A stretch of 64,000 bases of DNA from Alphaproteobacteria bacterium (GTDB lineage Bacteria; Pseudomonadota; Alphaproteobacteria; UBA2966). How positions within the stretch are numbered: position 1 is the stretch's first letter; each line of letters starts with the position of its first letter. The translations under genes were made by a program, and so were the position numbers. Location of the stretch: positions 1,696,001 through 1,760,000 of the forward strand of contig OZ219856.1 of NCBI GenBank assembly GCA_964291395.2. The letters run 5' to 3'. The notes under the pieces are model-generated. The model did no database searches, was not told the DNA's origin, and saw only the letters and a list, made by a program, of their open reading frames with translations. Of the stretch, positions 1 to 9,379 are shown piece after piece.

Positions 1-11
1 GAGCTGGGCCC

Positions 12-1301
12 GTGAGCGACACGACCATCCGCTCCGTGACCGGTCGGCGCGTCTGGGATTCGCGCGGCCGTCCGACGATCGAAGTCGAAGTTGCGCTCGC
101 GGGCGGCGCGCGGGGACGCGCGATCGCCCCCGCCGGCGCCTCGCGGGGCAGCGCCGAGGCCATCGACCTGCGCGACGGCGGCGACGCCTTCGGCGGACGC
201 GACGTGGCCACGGCCGTCACCAACGCCAACGGCGAGATCGGCGCGGCCCTTTCGGGCACGGATGCCATCGACCAGGCGGAAGCCGACCGCATTCTCGTCG
301 ATCTCGACGGGACCGCCGACAAGAGCCGCCTCGGAGCCAACGCTCTCGTCGCCACGTCCATGGCCGTCGCCCACGCCGCCGCCGCGGCAATGCGCGTGCC
401 GCTCTGGCGCCATCTCGCGGGCACCGATGGCGCGGCCCTGCCCTGCCCGAGATCCAGATCTTCGGAGGCGGCGCTCATGCCGCCCGTCGCGTCGACGTCC
501 AGGACTTCATGGTGATCGCCGTCGGCGCGGTCGAATTCGCGGAGGCCCTGGACTGGACCGCCGAGGTATACCGGCGGCGGGTGAACTGATGGCCGAAGCA
601 GGCCTGTCACACGGCACCGCCGACGAAGGCGGACACTGGCCCGAGTTCGAGTCGAACGAGGACGCCCTCGACATGCTCGTCCGGGCCATCGAGCGGGCCG
701 GCCTGCAACCGGCGGAGCAGGTCGCCATCTCGCTCGACGTCGCCGCTTCGGAATTCGAAGAGAACGGCCGTTACCGCCTCGCCCGCGACGGGCGTGAACT
801 CGACAGCGACGGCGTGGGCGAATTGCTCGGCAATTGGATCGGTCGGTTTCCCATCGTCTCTGTCGAGGACCCGCTCGGAGAGGACGACATCGCCGGCCTC
901 GCCAGGTTCACGCAAGCGTACGGCGAGCGCGTGCAGATCGTCGGCGACGACGCGCTGGTCACCAGCGCCGCACGCGTGACCGACGCCGCGCAAGCGGGCG
1001 CCTGCAATGCGGTTCTGCTCAAACCCAACCAAGCGGGCACGTTGAGCGAGTGTCGCGCGGCCTTCGACGCGGCACGGGATGTCGGCTACGACTCGGTCGC
1101 CTCGGCCCGTTCCGGCGAGACCGAGGACACGACCATCGTCCACCTTGCCGCGGCTGGGGCGTGCCGCAGCTCAAGGTCGGATCCATCGCCCACGGGGAGC
1201 GTACGGCGAAGTGGAACGAAGGCCTCCGCATCGCGGAAGCCCTGCCCAACGGCGGCCGGCTCCCGCACCGCTCGTCTTTCCCTTGGGGAAAACGCGGTTG
1301 A
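12..1301 (+). CDS. eno: Enolase (phosphopyruvate hydratase), divergent paralog; about 3 frameshifts (~445, ~575, ~1155)
   Basis: Motifs across frames: VWDSRGRPTIEVEV, APAGASRG, LGANA, PEIQIFGGGAHA, DEGG, LDVAASEF, SVEDP, VGDD, LLKPNQAG, SARSGETEDT, LKVGS..GERTAKWN. Confidence 0.85.
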
Positions 1302-1453
1302 CGACCGCCGGGATCACGGAGACCCCCGAAGGAGCGGTGCCCGTGCTCGGATTGGTGTGAAAGGGGCGGTCACCGCGCCGGTGGTGCCATTTTCCGTTTC
1401 GACAGGTCGTACGAATCGTTCGCCAAATCGCGACACTCGGACAAGACGAGCGA

Positions 1454-2852
1454 TCAATTCTCCGCGAATCTCTCTCGGTACTCGAGCTCCAGCTCCTTGA
1501 ACCGGGCGACGACGGCGTCGCGGCGCACTGCCTGGTCGTCGAACCGGTCCGCGGACTCGATGATGGCCCGGGTCATGTCCTCGCCCAGCTCGTGCATGAG
1601 CCCGGAGTCGACCTTCGGATCCCGATGCCTGGGCAGCTTGAGCAGGGAGTCCTGCGAATAGATTTTCGTGAGCGGCGGCCCGTCCGGCTGTTCGCTCGCC
1701 GGCACGGGCCAGGCGTGCGGCAACCCGCCGTCGAGGATGCTCCTCAGCACCCGGCGGGTGAGCGCAATTCCGATGTCCGTCTTGCCCAGATGCTCGATCG
1801 AATGCCGGGTCACGCCGCCCCACTGGCTGCCCTGGGCGTTCCAATCGTCAGGGAAGCGCTGGGTCTCCTCATAGTCATAGCGCTTCACCTGCCCGTCCAT
1901 GTCCGTGGTGCCGGGACCGTTGCGCGTCAGTCCCCGCCCGGGAAGTCATCCCCGTAAATCCGCCAGCCGATGAACAGGGTGTTCCCGTCGTCGATGGGAA
2001 CCGGGCGCCGGAAGTGGAACGTGCGCTGGTAGTAGAGCGGTGCCGGAGGAAGCTCGAACGTCGACGGCAGGAACGTGTCGTTGACCGGCAGGATATGGAA
2101 GATACGGACCCACACGGTTTCATCGTCGAGGCGCCGTTTCGACGTGTTACGCATGCTGGCGCCGTCGTCGGTGACCGCGAAGTGGACCTGCGGCAGCAGG
2201 CCGAACTCCTCCTCGAAATGCTGCATGATGCGCTGGTGCAGGAACACCGAATGAAACGGGTCCTGATGGTTCTCGTAGGTCTGCAGCCAGTTGTTCTCGT
2301 ACGGGATCGAGAGGGGCGCGAACTTCGCGCCCGGATCTCGAAGATATCGTAGCGTGGGAAGTGCGGGATCAGGTCCGGCGGCCCCATGTAGGCGTGGACG
2401 ATGCCGTGGTATTCCATCGCCGGATAGGCGCCGTGGAAAAGATTGTCCTTGAGCTTGGAGCCCTCCGGCTCGCCGGGGGTCTCGAGGATGGTCCCGTCCA
2501 CGTCGAACAGCCAGCCGTGGTAGCAGCAGCGGATGCCTTTCTCCGAGACGACGCCGTACTCCAGCGACGTGCCCCGGTGGCTGCAGTAGCGTTGCAGGAC
2601 GCCCACCTCTCCGGACTTGTCACGGAACGCCACAAGGTCCTCGTGCATGATCTTGACGGCCTTGGGCAGGTCGGTGAGTTCTTCCGAAAGGCAGACCGGC
2701 TGCCAGAACCGGCGCATGTACTCACCCATCGGCGTTCCCGGGCCGGTCTCCGTGAGATAGGGATCGGGTGGGGGAATCTCGCGCGTGTAATAGGCCCCGT
2801 ACCGTTGATTCTTGGGCTCTGTCGCCGCGGAAGAAATCTCACGCACTGCCAT
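1454..2852 (-). CDS. Rieske non-heme iron aromatic oxygenase alpha subunit (phthalate 4,5-dioxygenase/LigX-like); 2 frameshifts (~2335, ~1930)
   Basis: TGPGTPMGEYMRRFWQP; Rieske CSHRG...CCYHGW; mononuclear-iron ENHQDPFHSVFLH; C-terminal EHLGKTDIGI; three ORF pieces join into one gene. Confidence 0.8.
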
Positions 2853-3005
2853 GCTGGCAATCCTCTCGTAGGGGGCGCCCGCCGGGGCACCCGTGACCGC
2901 AGATGTCCATTGCATCGCGCTGCAAACATACTACGGTGACATTGATCTATTTCAAAACATATCGTGAGCCGGTCCTTACCGGCCACCCGGACGCAGGGAA
3001 ACGTC

Positions 3006-3877
3006 ATGAAACCAAAATCCATCGGCGACATCACCATCGCCCGCATGGTCGACAAGGAAAGCACCGAGCACCGCTATCAGAACTGGTTCCCGGACCTGCC
3101 CCAAGAGGTCTTCGATTCCCAACGTGACTGGATGGACCCCTACTTTTCGACTACGACGAAGGCACGATCGTCTTCAGTTATCACGGCTTCGTCCTGAAGT
3201 CCGAGCGTCATACGGTCGTCGTCGACACCTGCATCGGCAACGACAAGGAACGCGATGCCCGGCCGCTCTACCAACTGCGCAAGGACACTCGCTACATGGA
3301 CGAGCTGGCCGCTGCAGGCGTGCACCCGGAAGAAGTCGACTACGTCATGTGCACGCATCTTCACGGCGATCACGTCGGCTGGAACACCAAGTTCGAAGAC
3401 GGTGAGTGGAAGCCCACTTTTCCCAATGCCAAGTACCTGTTCTCGCGGAAGGAACTGGAGTATTGGTCGTCCATTCCCGAGGACGGCAACCACCGCCAAG
3501 CCTACCGGGATTCCGTGTCGCCGATCATCGAGGCCAGCCAATCCATCACCGTGCAGACCGACCATGCCATCGACGACTCGCTGTGGCTGGAGCCGTCCGA
3601 GGGCCACACCGTCGGTCACTATTCGGTGCGGGTGAAATCGGGGAGTGCCGAGGCCGTGCTCTGCGGCGACGTGATGCACCACCCGATCCAGTGCGTTTTA
3701 CCGGATCTTTGTACGATCTTCTGCATGGACCCGGTAGCGACGCGCAAGACGCGTAAGGAATTCTTCGAGCGGCACGCCGACACCGACGTGATGGTCTTCC
3801 CGGGCCACTTCGCCACGCCCACCGCGGGCCATGTGATCGGCCATCCCGACGGCTATCGTTGGAAAGCGGACGTTTGA
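3006..3877 (+). CDS. MBL-fold metallo-hydrolase; one frameshift near 3145
   Basis: VDTCIGNDK, THLHGDHVGWN, FPNAKY, GHTVGH, GDVMHHP, PGHF. Confidence 0.8.
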
Positions 3878-3979
3878 ATGTCCGCCACCCACCCCCGTCA
3901 ACCAGTCCGGGGGGTGGCCTCTCCCCGCTCTCGCTCTGGGAAGGGTCGGAGGAAGCGTAGCGACCGAGGGTGAAGGCGC

Positions 3980-4932
3980 ATGCGGGTGATTTTCCACTAC
4001 GACGTCGGACCGGGCCTGCGCCGCCGTCTCAAGGCGGTTTCCACCGGCGGTCTCGAGGTGACGCCCTGCGACGAAGCCGACGATTCGCGCTTCGCCGAGC
4101 TCATGGCGGAGGCGGACGTGCTCTGGCATGTGCTGCGACCGGTCTCGGCCGAAGACATGGCCGGGGCCCCCAACCTCAGGCTCATCCAGAAGATCGGGGT
4201 CGGCGTGAATACGATCGATCTGGAGGCGGCCAAGGAGCAGGACATCCACGTTTGCAACATGCCGGGCACCAATACCCGGGCCGTGGCCGAGATGACGCTC
4301 GCGCTGATGCTCGCGGCCGTACGCCGGCTCCCGGAATACGGCCGCGCCGTGAGCGCCGGGAAAGGATGGGCCATGGACGCGACCCTGCAGGACCGGGTGA
4401 GCGAGATCGGCGGTTCGACCGTGGGCCTCGTGGGGTTCGGCGCAGTCCCCCGAGCGCTCGCACCGATGCTCAAGGCCCTCGGCGCTCGCGTGCTGTACAC
4501 GGCTCGGAACCCGAGGCCGGAAGCCCGAAGGGCTCGCGGCGTTTCACGACCTGCCGGACCTGCTCGCCGCATGCGACATCGTTTCGCTTCATGTGCCCCA
4601 GACACCTGAAACTGAGGGCATTATCGACGGCGGCGCGCTGGCTCGCATGAAGCCCGGCGCCATTCTGGTCAACACGGCGCGAGGAGGGCTGGTAGACGAG
4701 AAAGCTCTGATCGCAACGCTCCAAAGCGGACATCTGCGCGCCGGCCGGCTTGGACGTCTTCGCTCGCGAACCCGTCGATCCCGCCGATCCCCTGCTGCGC
4801 CTCGACAACGTCGTGCTCACACCGCACGTGGCCTGGCTCACCACGGACACCATCGAACGGAGCCTCGAGGTCGCCGTCAACAACTGCCGCCGCCTCGCCG
4901 TAGGCGAACCACTCATGTTCCAGGTCGTGTAA
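3980..4932 (+). CDS. D-isomer-specific 2-hydroxyacid dehydrogenase; frameshifts near 4525 and 4742
   Basis: KIGVGVNTIDL, NMPGTNTRAVAE, GLVGFGAV (NAD binding), MKPGAILVNTARGGLVDE, DVFAREP, TPHVAW. Confidence 0.8.
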
Positions 4933-4950
4933 CGGGGGTCGCCGGACGGC

Positions 4951-4985
4951 GGGACTTGGCGAGACTTGGCGGGACTTGGCGGGAC
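4951..4985. repeat. Short intergenic tandem repeat, 10-bp unit G(G/A)GACTTGGC x3.5
   Basis: gggacttggc gagacttggc gggacttggc gggac read directly. Confidence 0.8.
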
Positions 4986-5030
4986 GGCGTACCATGTTTT
5001 CCGATCATTCTCGGAACGGAGGCAGGTGAC

Positions 5031-5660
5031 ATGATCGATCTCTACACATGGGCCACGCCGAACGGCCGCAAGGCCTCCATCATGCTCGAGGAAGTGGGGC
5101 TCCCCTACGCGGTCCACGAGATCGACATCTCGAAAGACGATCAGTTCTCGCCCGAATTCCTGAAGATCAGTCCCAACAACAAGATCCCGGCGATCGTCGA
5201 CAACGACAACGGCCGCTCGATGATGGAATCGGCCGCCATCCTGCTCTATCTCGCCGAGAAGACCGGCAAGATGATGCCCGAGGACGAGGACCGCCGCTGG
5301 CAGGCCATGGAATGGCTGATGATGCAGATGGGCAGCGTCGGCCCCATGCTCGGCCAGACCCACCACTTCGTCGCCTTCAACCCCGGCAAAGCGCCCTACG
5401 CGGAGGAGCGCTACCTGAACGAGACCAAGCGCATCTACGGCGTCCTCGACAAGCGTCTCGGCGACGAGGAGTACCTGGCCGGCGAATACGGCGTCGCCGA
5501 CATCGCCACCTGGCCCTGGATCGCGCGTTACGAGCGCCAGACCATGGATCCCAACGACTATCCCAATCTCAAGCGCTGGTATCTCGCCGTGGCCGAGCGC
5601 CCGGCCGTACAGCGCGGCTACGACGTGCCGAAGCGCGACGAAGCGATCCCCATTCCGTAG
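5031..5660 (+). CDS. Glutathione S-transferase, YfcG/Ure2-like (nu class)
   Basis: MIDLYTWATPNGRK, ISPNNKIPAI, ESAAILLYLAEK, QMGSVGPMLGQ, ADIATWPW; RBS GGAGG upstream. Confidence 0.9.
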   Translation: MIDLYTWATPNGRKASIMLEEVGLPYAVHEIDISKDDQFSPEFLKISPNNKIPAIVDNDNGRSMMESAAILLYLAEKTGKMMPEDEDRRWQAMEWLMMQMGSVGPMLGQTHHFVAFNPGKAPYAEERYLNETKRIYGVLDKRLGDEEYLAGEYGVADIATWPWIARYERQTMDPNDYPNLKRWYLAVAERPAVQRGYDVPKRDEAIPIP

Positions 5661-5672
5661 GCGGAGGCGATC

Positions 5673-6203
5673 ATGTCGGAAACCGAAAAAGCGATCCTCG
5701 CGGGTGGCTGCTTCTGGTGCACCGAGGCCGTCTTCAAGCCCGTCAAGGGCGTCAAAGGCGTGGTCTCGGGGTACATCGGCGGCGAGACCGAGAACCCGTC
5801 CTATCACGAGGTTTGTTCCGGAACCACCGGCCATGCCGAGGCGGTGGAAATCACCTTCGACCCCGAGGTCGTCAGCTACGACACGCTGCTCGACGTGTTT
5901 TTCGCCACTCATGATCCCACGCAGCTCAACCGGCAGGGCAACGACGTCGGCACCCAGTACCGCTCGGGCGTGTTCACTCTCTCGGAGGAACAGGCGGCGG
6001 CGGCCCGCGCGGCCATCGAGCGCGCCGGCGATATCTGGTCCGGCGACATCGTCACCGAGGTGACGGAGGCGGGCACCTTCCACGCCGGCGAGGACTATCA
6101 CCAGGACTACTTCGCCAACAATCCGTATCAGCCCTACTGCCAAGCCGTGATCGCGCCCAAGGTCGCCAAGGCCCGCCAGAAGTACGCGCACCTGCTGGCG
6201 TAG
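5673..6203 (+). CDS. msrA: Peptide-methionine (S)-S-oxide reductase MsrA
   Basis: [45 protein letters not shown]. Confidence 0.95.
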   Translation: MSETEKAILAGGCFWCTEAVFKPVKGVKGVVSGYIGGETENPSYHEVCSGTTGHAEAVEITFDPEVVSYDTLLDVFFATHDPTQLNRQGNDVGTQYRSGVFTLSEEQAAAARAAIERAGDIWSGDIVTEVTEAGTFHAGEDYHQDYFANNPYQPYCQAVIAPKVAKARQKYAHLLA

Positions 6204-6277
6204 GCCGACCCGCACCTCGACCCCGGCCCATCGGGCGAGGGTGGCGAGCGGCGACGCCGCGTGCCGGGTGAGAGCGC

Positions 6278-7177
6278 CTACTCCGCGGCCACCGAAACCC
6301 CTTCCTGCTCGCAGGTGTTGGCGACGTCGGACACGGTGGCGCGCTGGATGTCCCGGCGCCAGCGTGCATCGTCGTACGCGAGTCCGCGGTGCAGCGTGCA
6401 GCGGTCGTCCCACATGACGAGATCGAACTGCCGCCAGCGGTGCGTGTAAACGAACTGGCGCCGGGTCGCGTGCGCGATGAGCTCGTCGACCAGCGCGTCC
6501 CCCTCCTCCGGCGACAGGCCGAGGACACGGCCGATATGCGAAGCGACATAGAGGGATTTCCGGCCCGATTCCGGGATCGTCCGCACCATCACTTGCGGCA
6601 CGGGCGGCAAACCGGCGTTCTCCTTCTCGCTGAAGTCGGTGAAACCGACGCGGGCGCGGGACGCCCTGAAGGAATGCTCGGCGACCATCCCTTCGAGGCG
6701 CCTCTTCATCCGCTCGGGCAGCGCGTCGTAGGCGGCGCGCGTGTCCGCATACTCGGTATGACCGCCGATCGGGGGGGTCTCGCGACCATAGAGCATCGAG
6801 ATCTTGGCGGGCACCCGCTTGAAGGTGCTGTCGGTATGCCACAGGCGATTGGCGAGGCGCATCAGGCGAATCCGGCTGTCCGCCCTCTTGATCCCATCGT
6901 CGATATCCAGATTGGAGAGGTCCTCGATCCCGCGCGGGGTGCGGGCCCGGTTCCCCTCGCGGTAGACCTCGAGCTTGGTCTCGAGCGGCCCGAAACAGGC
7001 GGCGAACTCGAGGTGCTGTTCCTGGGTCAGGTGCTGGCCGGGAAACACGAGTACGGCATACTTCCAGAAGGCGTCCGCGACGGCTTCGAGATCGGCGGGA
7101 TCGAGCGGCCGCGACAGATCTGCGTCGCCGACCTCGGCGACGAAGTCCGGCGTGACCGGACAGATCGTGATGGCCAT
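6278..7177 (-). CDS. TauD/TfdA family Fe(II)/2-oxoglutarate dioxygenase (TfdA/SdpA-like)
   Basis: WHTDSTF (HxD), GGHTEYADTRAAYDAL, GRKSLY, WDDRCTLHRG. Confidence 0.85.
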   Translation of the reverse strand: MAITICPVTPDFVAEVGDADLSRPLDPADLEAVADAFWKYAVLVFPGQHLTQEQHLEFAACFGPLETKLEVYREGNRARTPRGIEDLSNLDIDDGIKRADSRIRLMRLANRLWHTDSTFKRVPAKISMLYGRETPPIGGHTEYADTRAAYDALPERMKRRLEGMVAEHSFRASRARVGFTDFSEKENAGLPPVPQVMVRTIPESGRKSLYVASHIGRVLGLSPEEGDALVDELIAHATRRQFVYTHRWRQFDLVMWDDRCTLHRGLAYDDARWRRDIQRATVSDVANTCEQEGVSVAAE

Positions 7178-7278
7178 CGACGCATCACTCCCGAGTTTGC
7201 GATACTCGGGGCATTGCATCATGCGGGGGCGCCGCGTTCAACCGTCGGCCGCCGCGCGATGCTCGATGGAGGACGCCC

Positions 7279-8223
7279 ATGAGCACCAGCAAGCAGCCCT
7301 ACTTCCCGCCCGGCACCGCATACGTCGACGGCGACTACCTGCCGTTGTCGGAAGCCCGTCTGCCGATCCTCGACTGGGGTTTCCTCCACGGGGACGCCAC
7401 CTACGACGTCGTGCACGTCTGGAAGGGCCGCTTCTTCCGGCTCGATGCCCATTTCGATCGGTTCTTCCGGAACGTGGACCGCATGCACCTCGAGATGGAG
7501 TTGGACAGAGACGGACTCGCCGCCATCCTCGCCGAATGCGTGCGCCGATCGGGCCTGGAAGACGCTTTCGTCGAGATGATCTGCACGCGGGGGATGCCGG
7601 CGATGCCGAGTCGCGATCCGCGGGACGCCATCAACCGGGTGTACGCTTTCGCCATGCCCTTCGGCTGGGTCGCCGACGAGAAGCAGCGCAAAAAGGGCCT
7701 TCATCTCCGCATCGCCCGGTCGGTAACGCGAATCTCGCCCCATGCGGTCGACCCCACGGTGAAGAACTATCACTGGCTCGATCTGATCATGGGGTTGTAC
7801 GAGGCCTACGACCACGAGGCGGAGAACGTCGTCCTGTGCGACGAGGCGGGCAACGTCACCGAAGGGCCCGGCTTCAACCTGTTCGCGCTGATCGACGGAC
7901 GAATGAAGACTCCGGCATCGGGCGTTCTCGAGGGAGTCACGCGGAAGACGGCCATCGACCTCTGCGAAATGATCCAGCTGCCGGTCGACGTCACGACCCT
8001 GCCGGCCGAACGGGTCAGAGGGGCGCAGGAGGTCTTCATCACGTCGACCGCCGGCGGCATCATGCCGGTCACCGTCATCGACGATCAGCCGGTCGCGGAC
8101 GGCGAGGTCGGCGAGACGACGCGCCGCCTCGACGGGCTCTACTGGGACAAGCACGACGACCCGGCCTGGAGCACGGGCGTCGACGAGCTCTTGCTGGAAT
8201 CGAAGCTCGCCGGCGTCTCCTGA
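7279..8223 (+). CDS. Fold-type IV PLP aminotransferase with (R)-selective amine transaminase-like motifs
   Basis: DWGFLHGDATYDV, AFVEMICTRG, DPTVKNYHWLD, TEGPGFN, LEGVTR, TSTAGG. Confidence 0.85.
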   Translation: MSTSKQPYFPPGTAYVDGDYLPLSEARLPILDWGFLHGDATYDVVHVWKGRFFRLDAHFDRFFRNVDRMHLEMELDRDGLAAILAECVRRSGLEDAFVEMICTRGMPAMPSRDPRDAINRVYAFAMPFGWVADEKQRKKGLHLRIARSVTRISPHAVDPTVKNYHWLDLIMGLYEAYDHEAENVVLCDEAGNVTEGPGFNLFALIDGRMKTPASGVLEGVTRKTAIDLCEMIQLPVDVTTLPAERVRGAQEVFITSTAGGIMPVTVIDDQPVADGEVGETTRRLDGLYWDKHDDPAWSTGVDELLLESKLAGVS

Positions 8224-8367
8224 GTCACGCCGACTTTCGCGGCCGGCCTTCCATGAGCGCCTCGAGGACGCCTTGAGGCTCCGACAGGGTCTCGCCCACG
8301 GGATCGGGAAACTCCCGAATCGAGTGGAAGGGCAAAGGTTTCTCGTTCTCGATGCCCTTGAGGCGCT
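8136..8367 (+). repeat. Left copy of ~230-bp imperfect direct repeat (aminotransferase 3' end plus 3' fragment of the NAD(P)H oxidoreductase)
   Basis: Aligns by eye to 25290-25527; 9 mismatches over 8221-8367 versus 25381-25527, plus a small indel in the first part. Confidence 0.95.
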
Positions 8368-8400
8368 TCTTCGTGCCGGTCGCCGAGGACCCGCTGGCAC

Positions 8401-8823
8401 TCACTCCAGGACGGATCCGAGGAACTCCGCGACCGTTTGAACGAGAATGCCGGATGTCTCCTCCGGCCGGTTCATGAAGGGGCCGAAATCCCTCAGGTCA
8501 CCGGTCAAAAGACGAGTTGCCTGGCAGGTGACCGCCGCTTGGAAGATGGGCCGGTCCTTTTCGGCGAGCGCGGCAGGAAACGGGAGACCGGGACGGAGCT
8601 CGACGAGCGGAATGTCCCGCAGCAGCGCGTTCAGGCCATCCAGGGATCGAGGAAACTTCCGTGCGAGATTGCGGCGGGCCTCCTCGGACGCATAGAGACT
8701 TGCCGCAAGCGCCCAGTGCCCACGCTTGCCGAGCTCAGTGGTCAATGCCGCCTTGCCATTCGGGTTGTGCGCGGCGGTGAAGAGCACGTTGGTATCGAGA
8801 AGACAACTCACTCTATCCGACAC
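8401..8823 (-). CDS. PIN-domain (VapC-like) protein, no adjacent antitoxin seen
   Basis: LLDTNVLF, EEARRNL, EKDRPIFQAA, LLTGDLRDF acidic PIN residues. Confidence 0.75.
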   Translation of the reverse strand: MSDRVSCLLDTNVLFTAAHNPNGKAALTTELGKRGHWALAASLYASEEARRNLARKFPRSLDGLNALLRDIPLVELRPGLPFPAALAEKDRPIFQAAVTCQATRLLTGDLRDFGPFMNRPEETSGILVQTVAEFLGSVLE

Positions 8824-9379
8824 CTAGCCCTGTCTGCGCCAACGTGCGTTCGAATAGTATAAAATATTGTAAATAATCTATTTTTACTGTCTTCACGGCC
8901 CATTTGATCCCTTATGTTCCCGCCTGGGATGCGCTTCAATACGCCTCGATTTTCGGCCAGTCGCTTTCGGTTTACTTACTGGCCTGAAGCCCTCTGGAGT
9001 CCGCCCGATCCGGCGGAGCGGAGAGCGCCCCCATGGTCGAGGAGCAACGCCACCCGCACATCGGTCTGCAGGATACCGGCCAAGCCGCGCAAGGGACGTT
9101 CGACCGAGCGGCAGCGCCGCCGCTTCACCACCGAGCGACAGACCACGACGGCAAGAGCACGTCATGATGCCCAACGCCACATGCAAATACTGCGGCTGGA
9201 GCGGGCCGGCAGACGGACGAGAACCGCTCAAGAACGTCTGGGAGCGCGCAGGATGACCGGTCCCGCCGCCCGTCACCCTCGCACGATCCGGAATCCATTC
9301 TGCGTCCCGCGGACGGCGGAGATCAGCTTCTCGGGTGGCCGTACCAGCGCTCTTACATGTTGAGGAATACCGTCGACGC

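Noticed and set aside
4470-6842. Long antisense ORFs (also 31132-33540, 58006-59958, 28915-30498 and others)
   Set aside because: Shadow frames opposite well-supported genes, expected in high-GC DNA
8914-9363. 149-aa ORF, and a short CxxC peptide frame within it
   Set aside because: Arg/Pro-rich non-protein-like composition and no recognisable family
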